Source: Macrostomum lignano (taxonomy: Eukaryota). Taken from it: 64,000 nt of DNA. The stretch is taken from positions 248,001 to 312,000 of the forward strand of contig NIVC01000020.1 of the NCBI GenBank assembly GCA_002269645.1, given 5' to 3'. Within the stretch, counting starts at the first letter, position 1, and the number at the start of each line of letters is the position of its first letter. This document shows, piece by piece, positions 46,507 to 59,065 of the stretch. A program made the translations under genes and the position numbers. A model generated the notes under the pieces. It was given only the letters and a program-made list of their open reading frames with translations, was not told the origin of the DNA and ran no database searches.

Positions 46507-47978
46507 CTACAGAGAGCAGAGGCACAGACCGGGAAACTCAGCTGGTCATCACTCAACAGAACTGAAGCAGGCCTGGCCCAGGTAAATTAAATATACTTAC
46601 CTACAAACTCAACAGTCTTACGCGAATCAAAACTCGAATATAGTAGTTCCAGTCAAGGTGAGAAGCAAAAAGCAATTTCATCAATGGCGCATGAATGAAG
46701 CAGTGGGGCTGAATGCGAGCCTCTCTAGGCGTTTCATTGCTTTTTTAAGTAGAAAAAACTCGCTGGTTGAGTGGAGGCGCACGCGGCAGCCAAGTGAATT
46801 TGTAGGTCGGGGTAGCCCCGGCGGCCAATGAGACCCGCCTGTCTCTAGCCAGAGGAAGCAACTGGTAAGGACTAGTTCAGCCCCTCACAATGCTCGCCTA
46901 TGACCCCGGGGAGAGCAGAGAGGGTGGGCGAGAGCAGAAGAAAGGCTGATTTTGGCAACCATTTGCTTGGCTACCGCAGGTTGGAGTGCGAGCCCAGATA
47001 GCGGACCGCATCGGGTCAAATATTCAGCTCCAGACAATCGAAATTCAAACCAAAATAACATGCTGCTATACTCGAACAATGTGAAACAACATTATAGAGT
47101 TCAGATTCCGTGTCTAAAATAGATAGATAAAAAAGGAACAGCTTTATCAGGGCGAGGTGAGTAAAATGTGCTCGATAAATAGCAAAAATATCTAGGAAGT
47201 TTGACCAGATTCCAAAGCACAGAATAGCCTGGCGAATCGTGGGCACAAAATAGTAAATAAAAAGATGCAGTAGGAGGTGCAGACAGAGGGGTGGCAGAGT
47301 ACAAGACTAGAAATAGCTGACGAAACACGCATAAATCCAGCAAGAGGCTAGACTGGGCATTCTCATACACAACCAACTGACCTATTAAGTAGAGATGCCA
47401 AGCTGGGCACAACAATAAAGAGGACAGGCTCTTGGCTGAATGCTGACAGACACAGACATGAGTGATTCGCCCGAATCGGCACAAACCACGTGATGCAGGG
47501 GTAGAGAAGTAATCAGCCTTGGCTGTCTGTTTTCTATAAGTAGCGCACAAGTGTAGCTGAGAACTACACAGCATAAAGAGAACACTGCCACATTGTGCAT
47601 CATTCTCATGGCCCCTCCAAATGTAATAAAAGTTCAGACTGACGCCAATGCCAAGACTTGATTGACAAGGCTGTTTGCTATAGAAAATAAAAATATTTAG
47701 ACAAACAAGTTTCAAAATGCACACACAATGCTACTTATAATAGCACAAGCTGTTGAAACCCGCGGATTTTGAACCCGGGGAATTTCAATCCCCGGAACTA
47801 CTTTTGCATGTATTATGATATCTAAGGTCATACACAAAAAAAACTTGTTAATAGTTAGTAGGATAGAGGTAGACATAAAGTGGACACATTCGTGTAAAAT
47901 CAGGATTTGAGGCAAAAATTGATATTGTTGGCTGGGGTACTGCACAGAATGTCAGGCAATGTCTGTCTGACTCTAAAA

Positions 47979-48203
47979 CATGTATTGGCAAACTCTGGCC
48001 TCTCCCTGACTCTCCCTATGTCCCTTGGATCCTTTAAAATTTCTATCGTCTCTTCTGTTTCCTCTCTTCTCTCTCGTCCCTCGTCTCTCCTCTCTCTTCT
48101 CTCCTCTCTCTTCTCTCATCTCTCTTCTCTTTCATCTCTCTTATCTCTTGTCTCTTCTCTCTACTCTTTCCTCTCTCTCCTCTCTACTTTTCGTTTTTTC
48201 TCT

Positions 48204-48259
<56 letters not shown>

Positions 48260-49080
48260 TCTCCTCTCCCATCTCTCTTCTCTCTACTCTCTCCCCTCTT
48301 CATTCTCCTATTTCCTCTTCTCTCTCCCTGTCTCTCCTCTCTCCTCTAGTCTCTGTAATCTCTTCTCTCTTATCTCTACTCTGTTCTCTCTACTCTCCCA
48401 TCTCTCGTCTGTTCATCTGCTCTCTCATCTGTCATCTTTACTCTCTAATACGTTCTCTCACTTATCTCCTCTGTACTCTTCTCTTTCACCTCTTCTGACT
48501 CCTCTCTTTCCTTACTCCTCTTTTCTTTTCTCTTCCCTCTTCTATACTCTCTCTCCTCTATTATCTTCTCTCGTCTCTCTGCACTCTCCTCTCACCTTTT
48601 TCATCTCTCATCTCTTCTTCCATCTGTCTCATCTCTACAATCTCATCTCTTTCCTCTCTCCTCCTCTTCCCTTTACTCTCTCATCTCTCCTTTCTCCCCT
48701 CTTCTTTCACCACTCTCTTATCTCTATCTCTTCTCTTCTCACTCCTCTCTCCCCCTCTTATCTCCTCTCTTCTCTATCCTTTCTACTCTCTCCTCTCTAA
48801 TCTCTCCTCTCCTCTTGACCCTCTGTCATCTTCTTTCTGCTCTCTCATCTCTACTCTCTTCTCAATCTTCTCTACTCTCCTCTCTCATCGATCCTCTGTC
48901 TCATCTCTCCCCTCTTCTCACCTTTACTCTTTCCTCTCCTTCCTTTCTCCCCTCCTCTCGCTTCTTCCTCCCTTCTTCTCTGCTCTCTCCTCACCACTTT
49001 TCCTTTTCACTCTCATCTGGCCCGCAGCCATGAGCTGGATTCTTTATCTGGCCTTTGAGATAAAAATCTGCCAATCCCTG
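47979..49080 (+). mobile_element. Putative non-autonomous hAT (Charlie-like) element with an internal ~1 kb CT-rich tract (48040-49015)
   Basis: Imperfect TIRs CATGTATTGGCAAACT / AATCTGCCAATCCCTG (12/16); flanks CTCTAAAA / CTTCGAAA (degenerate 8-bp TSD); subterminal GGCCCGC motif. Confidence 0.45.
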
Positions 49081-49559
49081 CTTCGAAAACTATCATGGGA
49101 CGTAGTACTATCATGGTTGTTATCATTTCTCATGCTTTAATCACGTCATCTTTCTGGCCAATCCACCACCACAGTCTGCAGCAGTCTAACAACCAAGGAA
49201 ATACGCATTTCTTAGGAGGCCATTTAAATTTTAAAGTTACCTTATGCGAATCTTAATGTTAAAATTTTCATGGTGTAACTAATTAAGTAGGATTGCATTG
49301 TAATCAGTTATTCATTAATTTTTCGCTATTTTTATAAACCATCCCACATCGCCTTGATTTGCCATCCTTGTTTAACTGCTGCGACTTGTTTATACAGAGG
49401 ACAGTAGTTTGAATCTCTCGCTAAACTCTCTCCTCTCCACGCCTCTCCACTCGCGGGGGTACGGAGAAGGCTATTAAAAAGATATTCCAAAACACTGTAC
49501 ATTTGCTATCTACATTGAGCCCTATCGCCTGATCCTTCGTCTGGGGGAATGAGTTGGAT

Positions 49560-50176
49560 GAGCGGCAAACAACAGAAAAAGCAGACAAACTTCACATGCT
49601 TACAGTTTCTTTTTCGGTTGAGTTACAGAGTTGAAACTTTACATTTAGATAGAGAATGGGTCAATGAAGAATTGTGTCAAGTTTGAAGTCAATCGCTTCA
49701 CGTGGAGCAAACTTATGGCAGCTGAAAGTTAGTCAATTTTGAAACTCTTTTACACATCTGGGCCCAGATCGGGAAAGAGAGGCAGGCGGGCGGAGGTTGG
49801 GGTGGTTGCTACGCTGAAAAAAACAGCCAAACTGCACAGCACCGCTCAGGATTAACTTTGAGACTCGAAATTTTACAAGATTGTGCCAAAATAGTTTAAG
49901 ATTATCTGTGTTAAATTTGAAGAGAATCGGTAGAAGTGGAGCGGCGCTATGGAGGATTTAGTGAAAAAATCGCGCATTTTGAGCAGTCTTTTGTACTTTT
50001 AGGTAGGAAGACTTGAGTCTAGGAAATTTAAAGGTAGCCTAAGACATTTTCCGTAGTAAGTTTAGGGTGGGTGTAAAGTTTGGTGTCATTTGGTTGAGCG
50101 GTTTGGGAGTCCATAGCGAAGTAATTTGTCCACAGACAGACAGACAGACAGAGTTTTGATTTTTATAGGTAGAGAT
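49560..50176 (+). mobile_element. Possible Helentron-associated (HINE/DINE-like) non-autonomous element
   Basis: Recurrent AAGTTTGAAGTCAATCG-like cores, ...CATTTGGTTGAGCGGTTTGGGAG, then (ACAG)n and a T-rich TAGAGAT end. Layout recalled from HINE/Lep1-type elements; not searched. Confidence 0.35.
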
Positions 50177-50939
50177 TAGATTGGTTTCACTGATGTTTCA
50201 TAAGCATGTAGCAAGCCAATCAGCTTTCATAAAAAACTTTACTATAAAAAAGAACATAAAAATCCAATGGCTTTGATGAAATGCAGTTTTTGCATCTTAA
50301 ATCTATATCAAAGACAATGAATAAATGAATACATATTTGCATGTGATTTGCTAGGTCATATGCCTTTTTTTCTTGTTTTCTTTCTCCTTTATTATTTCTT
50401 GCTTTGCTCCTTTGTTGTCTTTTTGCCTTTAATTTTAGCTAAGAGAACATAAACAGGTCCCCTAAGTGGTCAAAAAGGTATTTCTAATACAAAACCCTAT
50501 TGTTTTATGCTACCAAACCCCTCTTCAACTTGATTTTATAGCACAAGACAATGTGTGTTAATTACACAGCTTTGTTTTATATGCATGACATGGCATTAGA
50601 GTAGATTATTTGGGTTGTGTTTTAAGTTGATTTTTGAAGTATTTAAATAATACCAAACATGCTAAACTTGGTTTTCAAACTTTGATCCTACCTACTATTA
50701 GCCTATATCTAAACCTATTAAAGACTTGGCACTCAATATAATTTTTATATTGTGAAACAACTCAATCAAGTTAATTATAAGTCTTAAATCTATTATTATC
50801 ACAAATGCCAACACCCTGCCAAATGCCAACCTAAAAAAATGGGTAAAAAAGAAGGGAAGAAAAAAGGCAAGAGAGGAAAGAAAAGGCTGGGAAATAGAAA
50901 AACAAAGGGAAAGAACCAAAACAAGCCTAGCAACTAAGG

Positions 50940-51432
50940 ATCTGGGAGCAAGAACTTTACTAACTGGAAAGTTGCTAGCTAGAAGATTGCTAGCCAAAAG
51001 TTGCCAACCAAGAAAGTTGCCAGTTGTAAGGTTTTATATATTTGTATGTATACTAAGCAAAACTGAGCTTAACTACTTTGATCCTTTGCAACAAAACATG
51101 CATATATACTCTTGTTTTAGCCACATATTTCAATTGCTAATTTTTTTAAAAATTGTGGTTTTTATGCAACCTATTTGAATAAATGAATGTTTTAGTGTAT
51201 TTTAACTCTTATAATTGATTATAATTGTAAAATTAAACAGCTGCTAAAATTTTGAGCTAGTACCTTTCTTGCTGCAAATTTTCCTGGCTACCAACTATCT
51301 GGCTGGCAACTTTCTAGCTAACAAAGTTCTTGGCTGGAAACTTTCTAGCTGGCAAAGTTCTTGACTGGCAAAGTTCTTGGCTGGCAACTATCCTGCTAGC
51401 AACTTTCCAGCTGGAAAAAATGTATAGACCCC
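50940..51432. mobile_element. Inverted arrays of a short repeat (GGCAACTTT / AAAGTTGCC cores); decayed foldback/MULE-like element
   Basis: 50950-51025 reads AAAGTTGC..., 51270-51420 reads ...GCAACTTT in the opposite orientation. Confidence 0.55.
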
Positions 51433-54400
51433 CAAAAACAAAGACCCATGTTGTAGCCAAAGATAACCAAGTCAAAACCAGAGGCTGGTAAGTCAACCAA
51501 AGACAAGTAATTCATAGCTAAAGATAAGTATTCAGACAAGTGTCAAGAAAATAATAAGAATAAACTCACTACATTCCAATATATATTTATGACATTAACT
51601 TTGGGAATGCAAGATAAGACAAAGGGGTAGAGTGCGCAACTGAGGAAAGAGATGAGAATGGAGAGCCAATCAGAACACAGCAAGGGAGAGAGATAAATAT
51701 AACAAGATTGAGCTAGACAGAGAGAAAGAAAACAGTAAACAAAGACAAGTGAAAGTAAACTAAAGAAATGACTAGGAAAGTTGCAACACTCCCTTCAAAA
51801 AATGGAACATTGTTTTTAATTCTCCAGTACCAATAGAAATTATGAATGACAGCTCAAAACCCAATTTTTTGCAGTAAATTAACAAATTGTATACAAATAT
51901 GACTATGAATTTTACTACAAAACCTATAGAGTAAATGCAAAATTGATCAAAAGATTTAACATGTGTGATTTTAAATAATGGACTATTATAACCAAATGAA
52001 AAACTGACTGCATCCTCCCACCAAAAATTAATTTAATTTTTTATATTAAGACTCTGAGGAAAAAGAAAAAAACAAGGACAACAAGTTAGGTTAATTAGTT
52101 TAGGAAAGAGATAAGATGCTCATACTATAGTTAAATGAATGAAGATGAAGCAAATTCAGAAATTGACTGGGTGGAAGAATAAGCTGAAGTTGCCACAAGC
52201 AGAAGACAATCCAATGAGTGAGACTAAAGTGCCCCTGGCAAACAAATTGAGACTAAGAACTGGCAGACACAATAGGAGGTACACTGGGCAGACAAAATGA
52301 GCTGAAAACAAATCCAAAAGACAAGCAAGACTGAAGTGCCCCCAGAAAATGAATTGAGACAGGAACTGGCAGACACAATAGTGAAGTGAAACGAAGGTGC
52401 CATTAGCAAGAGGATGGGAGAAATCAGCCAACATGCGCGTGATGCGTGAACAAGCATCCAGCCTTGGCAGCAACTCCCTAGATGCACAAGATCTACATGC
52501 CTAAAAATAGTCCTGATGATTGGCGAGCAAGAAGCCCAGCCATGCAACCCTCGCGTGATGCATGCACAACCTCTGACCAACACTGCCTATTGGGCCTCGA
52601 AATCCTTCTCTCCCCTTACTGCTCCTATTCCTCGTTGCTCGCGTACAGTGTGCTAGCTTATAAAATATACTGATTGAAGAGGAAAGATCCTTGCCTGAAG
52701 TTTGAGAATGTGACTCTAGAGATCACACAGAGAAAGTTACCATCGAGGTCCATTGTTCATTGTCTTCCTGAACTGTTGGCAGAAAGAAACAATAATATGG
52801 GAAAAACCCATATAAATTGTCATTTTAATAGGATGCACACTGGATAGACAAATGAGAAGACAAATCTGAGAGACGAGAAAATAGCGAAAGCCAAACAAGA
52901 AGATGGCAAGATCACATCACTATCACAATTTGCACTTGACTGTGCAAGTATTCAAAGGCTCCCAAAAAGGGCCTTTAATGTTGTAGCCCCCAAAAAGGTC
53001 TTTTATTACTGCAATCCTAGAAAATAAACTGATCTCCAATTTTTAAGAATAACTTAATTGCATTAGTTGGACATGCAATGATTATAATAATAGAAACAAT
53101 TATATTATTTTGATCAGTATAACATATTTATGAAAAAATTGAAAGAATTTTAGGCATGCAAAAAGGAGGAAATGGCATATTTTTATTATATACAATTTTA
53201 GAAAAATTAATATATATTTCTTGTCTATTGTCAGTATATTGATTTATTGACTCTAAAAATAAATATAAATTGAATAAATTTTGTTAACAAATTTTATATA
53301 TAAATTGGTATGCATATAAAGAATTTTAGTATAGATTAGTTATAAAATGGGATTTTTGCAAAATATACTCTAGAATTTACAAAAGGATTTCTTGGCTATG
53401 GATAACTATGTATAGATAACTATGTAACTATGTATAAATACAAATAAGGCTTTTTATAATAAAAAACTTAGACAAATAAGAAAAAAAATAATCTATTTAC
53501 TCTATTCTATAAATAATTTATTTTCTAAGCCTATGATAAAATTCATTGTATTTGGTATATCCAATCTTAAAAATATACTAAATCTTTAAGGTTTGTATGC
53601 TTGTCCATAATGCTCTAGTAGAATTATAATGTTTTTATTATGCACAAAATAATGTTTACTTGTTACACTTTTGATTTTACACTTATACTTAATAGATTAC
53701 AAATTATATATTTGTCAAAATAAGTCATTTTTTATCAATTGATTACAAGATGCCAAGAGTGAAGTTACTTATTTAATCTTGTTTTATAGAACTAGCATAG
53801 AACCAGTATAAGAAAACCATTTAGTCTATTTTTTCAAGTTGGCAACTTAAATTTAACTTCAACTTAAAAGAATAGACTAGATAGTTTTCTTAGAGAGCTA
53901 AATTTAAATTCTTATAAAAATTGTTCTAATATATTCATTTTTGTTTTATACATATATTATTTTAATTAACAATTTTATATAAGGTTCTATTTTATTTTAC
54001 AAAAATTATTGATTATTTAATATATTTTAAATGTGTGCCAAAAACCACAAAAATATTTTGTTATACTATACATATTTTCATAATATTTTTGCAATATTAT
54101 TTTTGTCAAAACGAACAAATTTTTAGGTTAAATAGATATAAGTTCAATGTCATTTAATCTCATTTTTAGCTTAATTGCAAAATGTATTAGTTTTTTTACA
54201 GGTTTTCTATCCTAGATCTAAGCCAAGACTTAACATTAAGATAGGTCAAAAGCCAAAGGAAGATAGATAAGCCAAGGTAAATTAGAAAACTATATTTTAA
54301 AGTCATAAATGTTAAACAAGGATTTTTGAATTATTTAATTAATAAAACTTATTATATAAAAATGATATCAAGATTAAAGACTCCAATGAAAAAAATATAT

Positions 54401-54693
54401 TTATTACAAAAACAAGAATTTTTACTAGTATTAATTTATTAAAAATGCTTTTCTAAAATTAAGCTTTTAAGTCTAAGAATTGAAATGGTTTCAATCAATA
54501 AATTAGGCCCTTATGCAAATCTAAAATAGACAAAAATTTATATAATGAATTTAAGCTCTACTTAATTTATAGCATTGACTAAGAGTAAGACTAAGAATGG
54601 ATGTGGTTAATTCATTAAGACAAATCAAATAAAAAGTAAAGAATCAAATAGCTAATTATCAGTTTTAGACAAAATTCCTATGTATGTTGGTAG

Positions 54694-55397
54694 GAATCCA
54701 CATCAAAATGGCAATAAACAAAATGGCCACATGCCAAAATGGCCACAAGCCAAAATGGCCACATATAGTTTTTAGTTTGTAACTTATGTAACTGTAATTT
54801 AAAGATGTAACTCAAATTGTCTCTATTGTTGCAAATGGAACTACATTAGGCTCAGGTAGGGATGCCAAAGAAATTCTAGAGTGTAGTATAAATGTAGAGT
54901 GCACTTTTCCATTGCATATGGTACAACTTTCCACAAGTTAGCAGCCTTTGGCGCTTTGGTACACCCTTTGCCTCCTCTGAAAGCAAGCGCAGCAGTTGGT
55001 ACATAGGGTATTGGCCATGACGCCTAGCCCTGGAATTATGCGGTGGTGCTAGGGACCTACTCTTTGATGTCATTATTTGTTCTGATGGAGTCTGAAGACT
55101 GACCATCTCATTGGTGGGAACAAGGCATTGTTGGCGACCCACGTGGCCTCCACGTAAAGCAGCAGCTTGCCCAGTGGCCCTGCGTGCTAGCTTGGATGCA
55201 GGTGATCACACAAATGATAAAAATACATTTACAATAAATAAATAATATAATAAATTTGTCTTTTTCCAATAAATAAAACTGCAACTTACGTAACAACTGC
55301 AACTTTGCTATATATGGCCGTTTTGACATGAGGCCATTTTGGCTTTTGGCTATTTTGATGTGTGGCCGTTCCACGCATGGCTATTTTGATATGCACC
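54694..55397 (-). mobile_element. Internally deleted Mutator (MULE) element with a transposase fragment
   Basis: 9-bp TSD TGTTGGTAG / TGTTAGTAG; inverted CAAAATGGCC arrays; minus-strand relic LLLYVEATWVANNALFPPMRWSVFR..RTNNDIK..*HHRINSRARRHGQYPMYQLLRLL matches the MULE W..RTNN.xEGWH region. Confidence 0.75.
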
Positions 55398-55517
55398 TGT
55401 TAGTAGGCCTAGTGTTGCTGATTTTTTGCCACAGCCACAGCCTTGGGATAAATTGATTGTAATTTTTATGTATTTCAGAAAGTTTTTTTAAAATTTAGGC
55501 CTACACCAAAAAATTAA

Positions 55518-56107
55518 GGCAGTGCTTATCCCCACAGTACCGTAGGAATAATTTCTATCTTATTCCAACGGTACCGTGGGGATAATTTTCTGCTTATCTG
55601 CACAGCACACTGACGAGATAGCTGCCCCATCTTCTACATATGCCATGGGTTCATAATTTAGTTTAGTACTTACAGTTTGAGTGCAGTATAACATAACTTT
55701 GCTTGGCCATTATTTTTATAGAAGTAAAGATTTAATGGCCTTTTTATGCAAAAAACACTTTTTTTGTATTTATGAAGTATGATTTAAGATGAATTGCTCT
55801 AGTAATTGTTAACAATTTAAGAACTTTTAGCAACTAATATAATCCCAATATCCCCGAAAAGTCCATTGCCGCTGCTTCTGTAGACTTCTTACTAGACATG
55901 TAAATTCTCAATTTGTTTGTATAGATTATTGCATTGCTTCAACAATTCACCCGTGCGGATAAGCAGAAAATTATTCCCATGGCATATGTAGAAGATGGGG
56001 CAGCTATCTTGTCAATGTGCCGTGCGGATAAGCAGAAAATTATCCCCACGGTACCGTTGGAATAAGACAGAAATTATTCCTACGGTACCGTGGGGATAAG
56101 CACTGCC
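55518..56107. mobile_element. Mutator-type MITE with 132-bp TIRs
   Basis: TIRs 55518-55649 and 55976-56107 (126/132 identical, start GGCAGTGCTTATCCCC); 9-bp TSD AAAAATTAA / AAAAAGTAA. Confidence 0.88.
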
Positions 56108-57662
56108 AAAAAGTAATCAATTTGACAAATAACTTTTTTTCTGGAGCCTAAGCCTTTTTATATTATAGCCAATGGATTTGAGCATGAAAATTGGAATACA
56201 GTCGTTTTGGTGGCAGTCCTTTTGGTAACAAGCAAAAGTCATTTAGGTGACAAGAAGAATACAATTTTAGTTATAGCCATTCTGTTTTTAAACAGAAAAT
56301 TACTTTGAAAATCTTAAGGGATAGGCCTATTGAGCCTAAAATTTTATAAAACTAAAAGGTATAAAAACACAAAATTTTAAAAATACATCTACTAAGATCG
56401 GCTAACGTAGGAGTAAACCGATAAAACGGACCAGTAGTAAAAAATGGTAAAGCGATAAAAAAACTAATGAATTATCATTAGTAAAGATAGCTATACTAGT
56501 ATATATAGTATGTATATTATATTCAGTGGACCGTCCATCGACGAAGAATGTCGTTTGCATTTTTAAATTTTCCAAAATGGAAAAACAAAATTTAATAATA
56601 AAAAAAACTTCACAAAATTTTTAATAAATTTCCTTGACATTGTTTTCAAATTAAGTGATTTTATCTCTAAATTAAAGGTGATTTTCGAAAAGGCAATTGT
56701 CTGTGACAATATAATTGCCGCTCATGGGATGTTTGCTTGTCTAAAGCCTGCCCAGCGCGCCCCAGACAACGAGGAGTTTGACTTAGGGCACCCAAAGACC
56801 TGACTGCAGCATGGCGCCAATGTGAAAATTTTAATCAACCTGCGACAGCGCTGCAGACGGCGCAGGTACGGGAATAGACCGAGAGATAGAACAAGTCAAA
56901 GCACGGCAAATGTTGCGACGCGTTGAAGTTAAGGACCAAGGACCACTAGAAATTACCGTTGTATACAAGTCTTAAAGTCTTGGGCGCAGCAGTAAAACGT
57001 TAGATTTGCGGTATCTATTGGTGGGTAAAACAAACGTTTTGAGGAAAGTTGACTCGAGCACTGGCATTTTGTCACTCACGTAAACAGCACTGCGAAAGCT
57101 CTTTTGCGAACACCGACTGAAGGGTTACAAGAGTTTTCCGACTCGCAGGCCGATTTTACCATTAAATGTAATTCTAGCTGCCAGTGCCCTCCCGGCCATT
57201 TCTCAGAGAAGTACATGACGTCATGGATTGATAAATTTCATGTTTTTTATGATCTACAAATGCAAATGCATTCGAAAAATTCTTTCTTAAGACACTACTG
57301 CCACCCGGTTTTTGCATGGCTCCCTGTCTCTGTTTTTTCAAACTTCTTTTTCTTCTCGACCATCACGGCTCTGCGCTGGAGTGACTCAGCGCTCCTGGAA
57401 GTAAAGCCGGCATGCTAGCAAGTCTAATTGTGGATCCCACCCAGTGAGTTGTTGACATGCTGCATAGCAGTACTCACACCGGAGTAACAGACGCATTAAG
57501 CACTGCATAACGTACAGCACTCACACTAAAGTGACTTTTTGAGGAATAGCTTAAACACTAACGTGATGCGTGAGCAAAATGCAATTAAAATGTTTGCTGA
57601 TGTATTTAGACAGTGAGAGATCCGTCAGGTCAGCTAACGGCCAGTAGAGGCCAGTAAAAATT

Positions 57663-59065
57663 TTACGTGAACAGCGGCATTTTTAAGCGCAGAGCGCAGT
57701 CGATCAGCAGCGGCCCGGCCGCACGCAGCCGGCAAAGCAGCGCCACGCCTCGAAATCCGTGCGCTTCGCCCCGCGCGAATTCCACAGTGTCAAAAAAGCC
57801 GTCAGCCGCTGACGTCGCTAAGTCGAAGGCGCCGGGCACCAGCGCCAGTTCGAAGTCCGCCTCCAGCGGCCCGGCGGCCGGGCCGTCGGTGTCCACCAGC
57901 TTGAGGAAGACGGACGTCAGGCCAGCCGTGGACAGCTCGTCAGATGCCGGGTACAGGTGCACCTGCCACAGCCAACCGGGCAGCGGGGCGCAGCTGAACA
58001 GCGGCGAGAAGGCCGCCTCGCCAGGCCGCCAGGCCAGCCGGTGCCAGTCGGCTAGCCGCCAGCGAATGCCGGCCGGGTGGCAGTTTACGTAGCGGCCCTG
58101 CTCGTCCGTCTGGCACGTCGGCGGCAGCGGGGGCAGCTCGCTGATTGGTACGGTGGTCAGGATCGCGGCAGAGCAGGCCACTGTCAGCGAATCGGCGGTC
58201 CCGGGGGCGTCATCCAGGCTCAGGGCGAACTCGAAAATGCCTGGGTAGAAGGCGCCGAAGGTGCGCTTGGCCACGCCGCCGCAGGCGCAGCTCAACTCGG
58301 CGAACAGGCGGCCTTCGGGGAACTCGACAGGCTCCAGACGGGCCGCCTTTACCAGCACCTACTCGTTGGAAATGAGGGACTTGCTCAGCTTTTGCATGCA
58401 ATCAGTCTGTAATGACCATTTTGAAATGACCAGACTGTAATGATATCTGCAATGATCCCTCTTTATTGTCAATTTTGTCCATAATGTCCAATGTCCATTG
58501 AATGACCGCGCACCTGCATCCGCTGACCCTTCCTTCGCAGCTGGCAGACCCAAGACACGCCCGGCAACAAAGGGTCTGCAAACTCCGGGCTCAGCAGCTG
58601 CCGCACCGAGCGGGCGCCCCGCGACCAGCGCGGCACGGTCCAGGCAAAGCGGGTCAGCCGGTCCGTCGCCCGCCGCTCGGCGGCTCGATCAGCGCAGCTC
58701 CAGTCAGCCACCGTCAGCGGGTTCTCAGACTCTCGCGCCGCCCGGAACAGCCGGGCGGGCAGGTCACCGCCGCCCTCCGCCTCCGAATAGTCGGCGGAGA
58801 TCTGGCCGCTCAGCGGCAGCCCTCGGAGGCGCCTGCCGGCCGACTGAAGGCCGGGGCTGGCGGCCGGCGGCTCTAGCGGTGCGGCACTCGCCGGACGATC
58901 CTGCCAACTGAAGAAACGAAGGGCGCCGAGCGCGAGGAGGCAGCTGGAAAAGATGGCGGCAGCGACTGTCCGCGGCTCGGCCCGCAACTGAGTGGCGAGC
59001 AGCAGCGGCGGCAGCGCCAGAGCCAGCAGCAGCAGAAGCAGCAGCTTCAGAGTCTGCGCCTGCAT
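57663..59065 (-). CDS. Membrane-anchored protein with two MATH/TRAF-like domains; exons 59065-58514 and 58358-57663 (about 415 aa)
   Basis: Two N-terminal hydrophobic segments; FAWTVPRW..LLSPEF..VSWVCQL and IRWRLADW..AFSPLFS..WLWQVHLYP..TSVFLKL..FELAL..HGF..LLIDCAL are MATH signatures; phase-0 CAG|GTGCGC..GTAG|GTG junction. Confidence 0.75.

Noticed and set aside
56405-56470. Possible pogo-like terminal repeat (GGAGTAAACCGATAAAACGGACC)
   Set aside because: No matching opposite terminus found in the window.
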